Under the pieces are notes generated by a model. That model was not told the origin of the DNA. It ran no database searches and saw only the letters and a program-made list of their open reading frames with translations. This document shows, piece after piece, positions 1 through 7,532 of a stretch of DNA of 49,666 nucleotides; position 1 is the first letter of the stretch; the number at the start of each line of letters is the position of its first letter. The translations under genes were made by a program, and so were the position numbers. The stretch spans positions 1 through 49,666 of the IMG/VR virus record IMGVR_UViG_3300009515_000002. One strand, given 5' to 3'. This DNA comes from a virus.

Positions 1-79
1 TGTAGCGTTTCGCTCCACGCGTAAGTCGTTGCCCTGTAGGGGTTTGCGTTTGGTGTAGCGTTTCGCTCCAACGCAAGTC
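1..79. repeat. Left copy of an exact 79-bp terminal direct repeat. It contains two copies of a ~27-bp unit (1-27 and 53-79).
   Basis: Bases 1-79 are identical to 49588-49666 by direct comparison. TGTAGCGTTTCGCTCCA occurs at 1-17 and 53-69. Confidence 0.95.
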
Positions 80-95
80 TGGCACGCAACTTGCT
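80..95 (+). promoter_or_regulatory. Sigma-54 (RpoN)-type -24/-12 promoter-like element P1, pointing rightward
   Basis: TGGCACGCAACTTGCT equals TGGCAC-N5-TTGC and matches the RpoN core consensus TGGCACG-N4-TTGCW. It starts at the first base after the terminal repeat. Confidence 0.4.
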
Positions 96-97
96 AA

Positions 98-114
98 GAT
101 CAAGAACCGTGCCA
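98..114 (-). promoter_or_regulatory. Sigma-54-like element P4 (one mismatch in the -12 box), pointing leftward
   Basis: The reverse complement reads TGGCACGGTTCTTGATC (TTGA instead of TTGC). With P1 it forms an imperfect inverted repeat, TGGCACG...CGTGCCA. Confidence 0.25.
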
Positions 115-151
115 CGTTATTATAAAGCACTTTGAAACGCAAAGTACTCCG

Positions 152-168
152 CCGCAAGAAGCGTGCCA
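152..168 (-). promoter_or_regulatory. Sigma-54 (RpoN)-type -24/-12 promoter-like element P2, pointing leftward
   Basis: The reverse complement reads TGGCACGCTTCTTGCGG, which equals TGGCAC-N5-TTGC. Confidence 0.35.
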
Positions 169-237
169 TCGGCCGGGGGGTCATTGAGGGGTGGGGTTTT
201 AGGGAAAACATAGCACCTAAATCTCCCGACAAATTTT

Positions 238-262
238 TCGTTTCAGGTGGAGTCGTTTCAGG
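238..262. repeat. Direct repeat TCGTTTCAGG x2 (238-247 and 253-262) in the non-coding leader
   Basis: Two identical 10-mers 15 bp apart, seen directly. Confidence 0.6.
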
Positions 263-291
263 AAGCTGGTTCTTACGGTGATTCACAGGCT

Positions 292-318
292 CCTTGCCCC
301 GCGCCAGCGCGCGCAAGG
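292..318. other. GC-rich hairpin in the leader (CCTTGC ... GCAAGG)
   Basis: 6-bp stem 292-297/313-318 enclosing a self-complementary GCGC-rich loop. Function unknown. Confidence 0.4.
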
Positions 319-427
319 GATAAAGGTGATAGCCTGGAGTAGGGGGGTTGCGTGGGAGGACACTGCTATATATGTTGGTTACGTGGGCGGCGAAGTCGGA
401 TGATAGCTCACTTGCGTGGCTCTGAAT

Positions 428-502
428 GCAGGCCAGGTTGAAGCATCGGCGGGAGCAAGAGTGGCACGGATCTCCCACTTCCTGCTTGGCTCCCTGGCCT
501 GC
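428..502. other. Long inverted repeat/hairpin in the leader upstream of the late operon
   Basis: GCAGGCCAGG (428-437) is the exact reverse complement of CCTGGCCTGC (493-502). An inner GGGAGC/GCTCCC pairing is also present. Confidence 0.5.
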
Positions 503-601
503 ACGCCACAAGACTCTGAAAGATCGCTAGAAAAATGAAGCCTGGATGTGGAGCGGGGAGAAGTCTCCGTCCGCAACAGGCTTTTCTCGTAGGAGGACGT
601 A

Positions 602-868
602 GTGGATCTGCAGATGCTGCACAGCCAGGTACTCGTCCGACCTTACGTGGTGACTAGGTACAACACTGGGGTGTTGGTTACGTCAGAGGATCGTACAGAC
701 AAGATGCACCCCCAGCAAGGCAATGTGATTAGCATCGGAAAGGACGTGACGATGTTGGGTGTTGGAGATACAGTGATTTACGGTCGGAGCGTCGGACGGC
801 GAGTGTACTTGAATGACGAGCCCTTGCTAGTGATGCAAGAGAGTGACATAATCGGAGAGATCGAATAA
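602..868 (+). CDS. GroES/Cpn10-like co-chaperonin (phage gp31-like)
   Basis: 88 aa, GTG start 6 nt after AGGAGG. Aligns along its whole length with the GroES pattern: LHSQVLVRP..GVLV...QGNVISIGKD...VGDTVIY......LLVMQESDIIGEIE. Confidence 0.65.
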   Translation: MDLQMLHSQVLVRPYVVTRYNTGVLVTSEDRTDKMHPQQGNVISIGKDVTMLGVGDTVIYGRSVGRRVYLNDEPLLVMQESDIIGEIE

Positions 869-1404
869 TGCCTCTAGAGCGTTTCGATCGGGGGATCGAC
901 GAACTCAAGCCCTGGGAGCCCAACGAGCTTAGTGATAGACACATGCACGTGATTGCACTAGCTGCAAGCGGCATGAAGAACAATGCAATTTCGGCTGTGT
1001 TGGATATGAGTGAGAGTCGGGTCTCAGTGATTCTCAACGATCCACGTAGCCGAGCTATTCGGGCAGAGCTCTCCAGTGATTTCGTCGGGAAGCTAATGAC
1101 GGATACACGGGAGGTGATCCAAGGACACGCTCTAGAGGCAGTTTACGCAGTTGTGGATCTCATGAGGAACGGAGTCAGTGAACAGGTTAGACAGAGATCA
1201 GCTTTCGATATCCTCGATCGAGCAGGCTTTAAGCCAGTGGAGAGAAGTGTCAGTGCAAAAGTCAACCTCCCGGATGGGGCGGTTGATGCTATCGTTCAAG
1301 CTCTTAATGAGTCCAAAGAAGCTGATTCGCACGTTGTGGACATGGTAGAGGATAGCTCGGGGCTCTTCAGGGAAGCGAATAGTGAAGTCTCCGCACGCAA
1401 GTAA
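868..1404 (+). CDS. terS: Terminase small subunit candidate (HTH protein)
   Basis: 178 aa, directly upstream of and overlapping TerL. Has a LuxR/sigma-r4-like HTH (MKNNAISAVLDMSESRVSVILN). Confidence 0.5.
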   Translation: MPLERFDRGIDELKPWEPNELSDRHMHVIALAASGMKNNAISAVLDMSESRVSVILNDPRSRAIRAELSSDFVGKLMTDTREVIQGHALEAVYAVVDLMRNGVSEQVRQRSAFDILDRAGFKPVERSVSAKVNLPDGAVDAIVQALNESKEADSHVVDMVEDSSGLFREANSEVSARK

Positions 1405-2941
1405 GAAAGTCCAAGCGACTGTAGCGGAGATCGAAGGTCTCCCTACAGAGGACTATTACGCCTTCCGTAAGTCGGTGACAAGTGATCTGTATGTCTGGTC
1501 CAAAGGGGTTATGGGGTACAAGGATCTTACGCGACAGACACACGGGGCGTTTTGTAACTGGTTGCAGGACAGAGGCCCAGAGATAGGAAAGCGGCGGAAG
1601 CTAGGGCTGATGCCTCGAGGGCATTTCAAGACAACGATCGACATGGCCGATTGCGTAAGACTCCTCGCAATCAACCCGAACGAGAGAATCCTGCGGGTAG
1701 CGGAAAGTGCTCTGAATGCTGAGAGCATGCTCCGAGAGATCCAGGGACATTTCATGGGGAACCAGGTTCTAGCTGCGTTCTTCCCAGAGATCATTCCCGC
1801 AGATTTCAACAAAACGACATGGACACGGAACGCGATGATTATCCCGCGTCCGTATCAGAATAGAGAGCCCAGCATTGAAGCCGCAGGGATCACGTCGAAG
1901 CTAGTCTCCCGACACTACACGATTATCAAGTGCGACGACCTTGTATCCGACGAAGCGATGTACTCGCCTCAGGTGATGGACAAGGCCGTCGCTTTCGTGA
2001 ACCGTTTGGTCAGTCTCTTGACCAACCCTCGAGAAGACGATATTCACATCATCGGAACTCGTTGGGCGTATTATGACATCTATCAGCATATCATCGACGA
2101 AATGCCTGAGTTCGATGTCTTCATCCGCAAGGCGATTATCCGAGACCCAGAGACTGGCGAAGAAGTGCCATTCTTCCCACAGCGGTATACGATGGAAGAT
2201 TTCGCCGGGATCATCAAAAGAGACCCAGCACAATGGGCAACGCAATATGCGAATGACCCGCACGACACCTCTGTTGCTGACTTCCGGAAAGAGTGGCTCC
2301 AATACTTCCGTTTTGGGCCAGATCGGAACATAAGGTACAATGATGACGAAAACCGCTTACACATGGTTGAGACTGGTTCACTTAGAACGTACATCCACGT
2401 TGACCCCTCCCGTGGCGAGACTCCTCACAGCGACTATACAGGGATTGTCGTTATCGGTGTTGCCCCGGACGAGCGGATCTTCGTCCTCGATGCTTGGACA
2501 GGGCGTGTTGATGGACTGCAACTCTCGAACAAGATCCTAGAGCTCTCCAGCCACTGGCACCCATCACTGGTAAGCATCGAAAGAAATGGCTTCTACGCGT
2601 TCAAATCCTTCCTTGATGCAGAAGCACGTCGTAGGGGTATGTACATCAGAACTGATGACCCCCCTGCCCCTCGCGGACTTAAAAAGCATGCCCGAATCCG
2701 AGGAGCGCTTCAACCACTCTTCGCGACGGGGCAAATCTGGATTAGAGAGGGACTTGTCGAGCTCATCGAAGAATACCTCCGTTTCGGAAAATCCAAGCAC
2801 GAGCACCTTCTAGACGCGATGGCCCAAGGACCCACGGAGAACTACTGGAAGCGTCCGATGGGCGATGCAATGCTTTCACGGTATGCCAAGCTCAAGGCTA
2901 AAATGGGCGTTGATCGCGGTGTAACAGGGTACGGGATCTAA
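1382..2941 (+). CDS. terL: Terminase large subunit
   Basis: 519 aa. Walker A-like LMPRGHFKTT, Walker B-like IIKCDDLVSDE, and a C-terminal RNaseH-like nuclease segment (HVDPSRG..SDYTGIVVIGV...LDAW). The start codon is uncertain (GTG). Confidence 0.85.
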   Translation: MKSPHASKKVQATVAEIEGLPTEDYYAFRKSVTSDLYVWSKGVMGYKDLTRQTHGAFCNWLQDRGPEIGKRRKLGLMPRGHFKTTIDMADCVRLLAINPNERILRVAESALNAESMLREIQGHFMGNQVLAAFFPEIIPADFNKTTWTRNAMIIPRPYQNREPSIEAAGITSKLVSRHYTIIKCDDLVSDEAMYSPQVMDKAVAFVNRLVSLLTNPREDDIHIIGTRWAYYDIYQHIIDEMPEFDVFIRKAIIRDPETGEEVPFFPQRYTMEDFAGIIKRDPAQWATQYANDPHDTSVADFRKEWLQYFRFGPDRNIRYNDDENRLHMVETGSLRTYIHVDPSRGETPHSDYTGIVVIGVAPDERIFVLDAWTGRVDGLQLSNKILELSSHWHPSLVSIERNGFYAFKSFLDAEARRRGMYIRTDDPPAPRGLKKHARIRGALQPLFATGQIWIREGLVELIEEYLRFGKSKHEHLLDAMAQGPTENYWKRPMGDAMLSRYAKLKAKMGVDRGVTGYGI

Positions 2942-2953
2942 AACCTCCCTGCC

Positions 2954-2968
2954 GTTCACTCAATAAAC
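2954..2968 (+). promoter_or_regulatory. Copy S1 of the recurrent dyad motif (GTTCACTCAATAAAC)
   Basis: Intergenic, 15-29 nt upstream of the ATG at 2983. Has 2 mismatches to GTTCAC-N3-GTGAAC and 13/15 identity to the copies at 48309 and 37238. Confidence 0.4.
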
Positions 2969-2982
2969 CCGAGGGGTAAAAC

Positions 2983-3345
2983 ATGGCAAGTCTAAGAGGA
3001 GGGGATGTAGCTACAATCCCGTTGAAGATCCTCAATGGCGCGTCGTTGACAGAGGAGGTGGATCTCGGCGCAGCCGCCTCCGCGTCAGTAATCATGCCAA
3101 CAGCCTGGACAGCGGCAAACATTACAATCGTCGTCTATCGGCCAGGAGTTCAGGACTATGTTTCGGTCTACAAGGACGATGGGACTGAGTACGTACTCAC
3201 TGCAGCGGTAGATAGGGCAATCACACTTGACGCAGCCATCTTCGCGATTGCAGGAAGTAGAAAGATCAAATTGCGTAGCGGCACAGAGGCTACGCCAGTG
3301 AACCAGGGTGCTGACCGTACACTCTTTCTAACAATCAAGAGGTAA
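2983..3345 (+). CDS. Hypothetical virion protein, paralog A of a ~120-aa family (paralog B at 6619-6984)
   Basis: SD GAGGGG. Shares MPTxWxAAxIT, KDDGxEYxLT and LKLRSGT..VNQ..DRTL.LT blocks with the 6619-6984 product. Confidence 0.6.
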   Translation: MASLRGGDVATIPLKILNGASLTEEVDLGAAASASVIMPTAWTAANITIVVYRPGVQDYVSVYKDDGTEYVLTAAVDRAITLDAAIFAIAGSRKIKLRSGTEATPVNQGADRTLFLTIKR

Positions 3346-3347
3346 TC

Positions 3348-3815
3348 ATGGCTGCTGATAAGTGGAGGTGCTACAACAAGTGGAAGGAGTACATGAGCGA
3401 TGGTGCCGTCGATATTGACGCTGACACGTTCAAGTGTGCCCTTTACTTGAGCACGTCAAACGCTGCAACGCTCAGTGTTGGAACTGGAATCAAGGCAGAT
3501 CTGACAAATGAGCACGCAAACGCCAACGGGTACACGACAGGTGGACTGACGCTGACGACCACCTGGGTTGAGTCTTCAGGGACTGTCACGTTTGACGACA
3601 CCTCCAACCCTGTCTGGACCGCAAGCGGCGGCTCTATCATTGCACGATTTGCCGTGATCTACGACGACTCCACAACTACGCCTGTTGATGTTCTCGTCGC
3701 GTACTGTCTGATGGACAACACCCCAGCAGACGTAACAGTAACCGACACAAATACGCTTACCATCAACATGCATGCCTCTGGCGTGTTCACGGTGAGTGGT
3801 GGAGATACTGCATAA
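3348..3815 (+). CDS. Hypothetical structural (fibre-associated) protein
   Basis: 155 aa, Thr/Ser-rich beta-type composition, SD AGAGG, 3-nt gap after the previous gene. Confidence 0.5.
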   Translation: MAADKWRCYNKWKEYMSDGAVDIDADTFKCALYLSTSNAATLSVGTGIKADLTNEHANANGYTTGGLTLTTTWVESSGTVTFDDTSNPVWTASGGSIIARFAVIYDDSTTTPVDVLVAYCLMDNTPADVTVTDTNTLTINMHASGVFTVSGGDTA

Positions 3816-4087
3816 TGACGAACGATCCGGATGGGTTCTCCTTGACAATTCACGCCGTCGCATGGATGCTATGGCTCATGGCCTTTATTGGTTATGAGTT
3901 CTATGCCTTGGGGAATCCTGATCCGAAGTTCATCCCCCTTACACACTTCGTTCGAGAGCTTGCCTCGACGCACTTGATCATCCGTGCGGGAATCACATTC
4001 CTAACCATCTGGTTGTTCTTCCATTTCGGTGGACGTGATGTGTTCATGGAAGTTCTGCGCTTGCCGTTCGCGCGATGGTTGTCGTAG
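3815..4087 (+). CDS. Small integral membrane protein (holin-like candidate)
   Basis: 90 aa with 2-3 hydrophobic helices (AVAWMLWLMAFIGYEFYAL; IIRAGITFLTIWLFFHFGG). Confidence 0.45.
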   Translation: MTNDPDGFSLTIHAVAWMLWLMAFIGYEFYALGNPDPKFIPLTHFVRELASTHLIIRAGITFLTIWLFFHFGGRDVFMEVLRLPFARWLS

Positions 4088-4144
4088 CACGCAGGGCTGC
4101 GGCGGCCGGGATCTTTTCCTCGCCCGCGATGCCGCGCGTAGCGG

Positions 4145-4157
4145 GCCGCGAAGCGGC
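4145..4157 (+). other. GC-rich mini-hairpin GCCGC-GAA-GCGGC inside an ~86-bp GC-rich intergenic spacer
   Basis: Contains the GCGAAGC core known as a very stable DNA/RNA mini-hairpin. No U-tract follows it. Confidence 0.35.
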
Positions 4158-4173
4158 TGGAGTGGAGTAGGAC

Positions 4174-5265
4174 GTGGCTCAGTTCATCCGACCTGTCTCT
4201 GATGTTTCAACAGGTTCTTGGACATCTACACCGTTATGGTCGAAGCTTGATGACAACTCTGATGCGGATCTTGTTACTTCTGATGATAACACTAATCCAG
4301 ACACGGCAGAATTAGAAGGTACAAACTCAGGCATTAACGATCCTACGTCAAACGTCAATCATGTTCTTCGAGCTAGGATCAGAAAAGAGGCATCTGGCGG
4401 GCATAATGTTACATTCAATGGACGCTTGTACCAGGGAACAGGAGGTGGCCGTTCATTAATTGCTACAGTGACTGAAGCTGATGGCTCTGCTACTATGCAT
4501 ACCATCAGTGCTACACTTTCAGGCACTGAAGCGGATAACATCTCAGACTACAACGATCTGTATTTTGAGATTGAGCGGGCTGGTGATACTGGTGGTCCTC
4601 CTGGTAATCGACGCTTTTTTGAGTGTGCATGGATCGAACTTGAGGTTCCTGACGCTACAGTAAACACTCAAATCGATCCTGGTGTAGCAGCAATCAGTCT
4701 TGCAAGTTTCGCGCCAGCAGTTGTCACGCCTGTTGCAGTTGCTCCAGGGCTTGCAGCAATCAGTCTTACAAGCTTTGCACCGACAGCAGTTGTTCCACTC
4801 TTCCGAGAACAGGCCAGCTTTCGTGGCCGCAATGATGACGGAACTGACGAGACTGACGCAACGTGGATAGCAGCACTTAACACTGACTGGAATCAAGCAG
4901 CTGATGCTACGTTTCGTGTGCGTTTTCTGGTGAAGAACCTGGGAAACCAGGCTGGAGCTGATCAGACTTTCCAGCTCACAGCCAGCCACAACGCTGGAGC
5001 ATACTTCGATGTCACAGGTTCTTCGACGATCATCAAAGCAGTTGCGTCAACGAAAGTTGTTGAGGGAGCTAACACTACACAACAACTCGGTGCTGGAACG
5101 TTTGTCACGCCTAATGCAGGTATCGACGAGGTCGATGGTCAGGCTGGAGGTACTGCCCTCGATTTTGCAGGATACGATGAAGTAGAGCTAGAGTTCGTTC
5201 TGCAAATCATTGGCGTTGACGTGTCTGACTCTGACACAATCGACTTGAGGCTGAATGTCCTCTAA
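4174..5265 (+). CDS. Tail fibre-like protein with two PGxAAISLxSFAP repeat units
   Basis: 363 aa, GTG start after GGAGTGGAG. The N-domain is followed by repeats at aa 169-207 and a C-terminal beta-rich domain. Confidence 0.55.
   Translation: MAQFIRPVSDVSTGSWTSTPLWSKLDDNSDADLVTSDDNTNPDTAELEGTNSGINDPTSNVNHVLRARIRKEASGGHNVTFNGRLYQGTGGGRSLIATVTEADGSATMHTISATLSGTEADNISDYNDLYFEIERAGDTGGPPGNRRFFECAWIELEVPDATVNTQIDPGVAAISLASFAPAVVTPVAVAPGLAAISLTSFAPTAVVPLFREQASFRGRNDDGTDETDATWIAALNTDWNQAADATFRVRFLVKNLGNQAGADQTFQLTASHNAGAYFDVTGSSTIIKAVASTKVVEGANTTQQLGAGTFVTPNAGIDEVDGQAGGTALDFAGYDEVELEFVLQIIGVDVSDSDTIDLRLNVL
4678..4794 (+). repeat. Two coding tandem repeat units (PGVAAISLASFAPAVVTPVAVA / PGLAAISLTSFAPTAVVP)
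   Basis: Near-identical DNA (gcagcaatcagtcttgcaagtttcgcgcc vs gcagcaatcagtcttacaagctttgcacc). Confidence 0.85.
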
Positions 5266-6343
5266 TTGGTGGTTTTGGGCTGCTGTTGCAGCGGGAGCAT
5301 CTGGAGCTAATCTAGAGGCTTATACACAGACTCCGACGATCACAATATCGGCGGGGATTACAGTCAGTCCAGGACAAGCTAGTGTAACACTCACTGGCTT
5401 TGCGCCAACGATCGACGTCACGCAGAACCAAGTCGTTGATCCTGGTGTTGCGGACATTCAACTCACCAGCTTTGCACCAACAGTAGACGTCAGTGACCAC
5501 ATAGAAGTTCTACCTGGTGTGGCTGGAATCACACTAAACAACTTCAGTCCTGACGTTGTACTCAGTGACAACAAGCAAGTATTCCCAGGACTTGCAGCAA
5601 TCTCACTAACTGGGTTTGCTCCAACGATTGCGGTCTCTGATCATAAGACTGTCGATCCTGGACTCGCTGCGATAGATCTAGCTGGGTTTGCTCCGACAGT
5701 TGTAACACCTGTAGTTGTTAATCCTGGGCTTGCTGTAATTGATTTAACTGGATTCGCTCCAGACGTTTCGGTCGGCTCCAGTGTAATCATCACACCACCA
5801 ACAAATGGTATTAATGTAACGTCGTTTGCACCAACAATTGACGTTACGGATAACGTTGGTGTGGCGCCTGGATACGCAGCGATTTCTCTTGCAGGCTTCG
5901 CTCCGACTGTTCAAGTATCTGATAACATAGTAGTTCTGCCTGATGTTGCGGCAATCTCACTTGCAGGATTTGCACCATCAGTCGTCGTTGGTCAGAACAT
6001 CTTTGTTGATCCAAGTTTTGCTGCAATCACGCTCAGCAGCTTTAGCCCAGTCGTTGCACTTTCTGATAACAAACTAGTTGAGCCTGGTTTTGCTGCAATT
6101 GCTCTGAACAACTTTGCGCCAACGATCGACACTACGGATTACCAAATCGTCTTGCCCGACCTCAGCTCGATTGTGCTTATTGGCTTCGCACCTACGATTG
6201 ACATTACAGGCCACGTAGTTGTCAATCCTGAGAATGCAGCGATAGTGCTTACTGCTGAGCGTCCGACGATTATAGTTTCCAGCGATCCAGTGGACGGCAC
6301 TGGACGCAAGTGGTGGATCACACACATTCTGAGGTCTGAATAA
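5255..6343 (+). CDS. Repeat-only fibre/fibril protein (13 units of ~22-24 aa)
   Basis: 362 aa. ATG preceded by GAGG, overlapping the previous gene by 11 nt. Has a hydrophobic N-terminus (WWFWAAVAAGA), then 13 x PGxAxIxLxxFAPTxxVxDxxxV. Confidence 0.6.
   Translation: MSSNWWFWAAVAAGASGANLEAYTQTPTITISAGITVSPGQASVTLTGFAPTIDVTQNQVVDPGVADIQLTSFAPTVDVSDHIEVLPGVAGITLNNFSPDVVLSDNKQVFPGLAAISLTGFAPTIAVSDHKTVDPGLAAIDLAGFAPTVVTPVVVNPGLAVIDLTGFAPDVSVGSSVIITPPTNGINVTSFAPTIDVTDNVGVAPGYAAISLAGFAPTVQVSDNIVVLPDVAAISLAGFAPSVVVGQNIFVDPSFAAITLSSFSPVVALSDNKLVEPGFAAIALNNFAPTIDTTDYQIVLPDLSSIVLIGFAPTIDITGHVVVNPENAAIVLTAERPTIIVSSDPVDGTGRKWWITHILRSE
5369..6280 (+). repeat. Coding tandem repeat array, 13 units of ~66-72 bp
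   Basis: The consensus P-G-x-A-A-I-x-L-x-x-F-A-P-T recurs 13 times, counted in the translation. Confidence 0.9.
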
Positions 6344-6609
6344 TGCCACGATTCAAAGGACATCGTTCTGTAGAAAGTTCCGCAAGTACGACGGAGGCAA
6401 GTGCGTCTTTTCATGTACAGCGTGTTGTGTACATCGTAAACGACGGCGGGGAGGATATTCTCTTCAACTTTGACAGTCCTACCAGTGGTGCGAACGCTTT
6501 CACACTGAAGCCTGGTGGTATTCTTGAGGAAGAAGATATCGCTGTTAAGGTCCTGTGGTGGAAGACAGTGACAGGCACGTCTGATTTTCGTGCCTTTGGG
6601 CTTACGTAG
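6343..6609 (+). CDS. Hypothetical small protein
   Basis: 88 aa, SD GAGG, TAATG-type coupling to the previous gene. Confidence 0.45.
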   Translation: MPRFKGHRSVESSASTTEASASFHVQRVVYIVNDGGEDILFNFDSPTSGANAFTLKPGGILEEEDIAVKVLWWKTVTGTSDFRAFGLT

Positions 6610-6618
6610 GAGACTGTA

Positions 6619-6984
6619 ATGGGAATTGAATCACAACAACCGACAGGACGCAGGACTACTACGATCTCGAGTGGAACGTCGCTTTCAAGTGCCCCGATCT
6701 TCATTAGCAAGTATCGAATCATGCAAATCCACATGCCAACAACATGGGATGCGGCAGTGATTACTTTTGCGGCAGCACCGTCGGAAACAGGTACCTACAA
6801 TCCTGTGACGAAGGATGACGGTAGTGAGTACCAGCTCACGGTTGCCGCAAACAAGGTTGTAGTCTGTGACGCGACTGCTATGGCGATCGCTTCTACACAG
6901 TGGCTGAAACTACGCTCCGGCACTAGTGGTGCTGCTGTGAACCAGACTTCTGATCGCACACTAGAACTCACTCTACTGGACTGA
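6619..6984 (+). CDS. Hypothetical virion protein, paralog B of the 2983-3345 family
   Basis: 121 aa, SD AGGAG. Conserved blocks are shared with paralog A (see 2983-3345). Confidence 0.6.
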   Translation: MGIESQQPTGRRTTTISSGTSLSSAPIFISKYRIMQIHMPTTWDAAVITFAAAPSETGTYNPVTKDDGSEYQLTVAANKVVVCDATAMAIASTQWLKLRSGTSGAAVNQTSDRTLELTLLD

Positions 6985-6986
6985 CC

Positions 6987-7532
6987 ATGGCAATTGTTGA
7001 AAGTGATATCGTCTATCGTCTCTCAGTAGACACTGGTCCTGGAGACGCAAACGCGCAAGCTGATCCTAATCTATCCTTTGAAGACTTCTGTTCAACGACT
7101 GTTCTCAGTCTTGGCACACCGCTGAACAATCTTTGGGACGACGTTACCAGCGGCGAGGCTAGTGCTGGTGACACAGAGTACCGGAACCTGTTCGTTTACA
7201 ACAATCACGCAACAGATTCATGGGACAACATCGTCGTCTGGCTAGATTCGGAGGTCTCTGGTGGTGCTACTATTGAGATTGGTATCGACACGACAGCAGC
7301 AAGTGCTGTTACTTCTGCTAGTGCTCAGGCCTTGACGATTGCTAACGAGAGCACCGCTCCTGCCGGTGTAACGTTTTCGTCACCTGTGACAAAAGGTACA
7401 GGGCTGTCGCTAGGAAGTTTGGCTGCACAGCAGGTTCGAGCAATCTGGATCAAACGTTTGGTAGCAGTCTCGACGGCGGCGAAAAGTAACGATGGTGTCA
7501 CGCTTCGTTGTGAAGGAGATACGACAGCATAA
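6987..7532 (+). CDS. Hypothetical structural (fibre-associated) protein
   Basis: 181 aa, 3-nt gap after paralog B, the same position as 3348-3815 in the first cassette. Confidence 0.5.
   Translation: MAIVESDIVYRLSVDTGPGDANAQADPNLSFEDFCSTTVLSLGTPLNNLWDDVTSGEASAGDTEYRNLFVYNNHATDSWDNIVVWLDSEVSGGATIEIGIDTTAASAVTSASAQALTIANESTAPAGVTFSSPVTKGTGLSLGSLAAQQVRAIWIKRLVAVSTAAKSNDGVTLRCEGDTTA

Noticed and set aside
379-576. 65-aa minus-strand ORF in the left leader
   Set aside because: It has no SD and an Arg/Ser/Thr/Pro-rich composition unlike real genes here. It lies within hairpin-rich non-coding DNA and is antisense to the expected late transcript.
5240-5270. Programmed +1 frameshift joining 4174-5265 to 5255-6343
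   Set aside because: The junction (CTC TAA T) has no slippery or shifty-stop context. The second ORF has its own ATG with GAGG upstream. The first ORF already has a complete C-terminal domain after its repeats.
5369-6280. Possible CRISPR-like or non-coding tandem array
   Set aside because: The periodicity is a multiple of 3, there are no unique spacers, and the repeats translate into a conserved peptide unit in one long ORF. This is a coding protein repeat.
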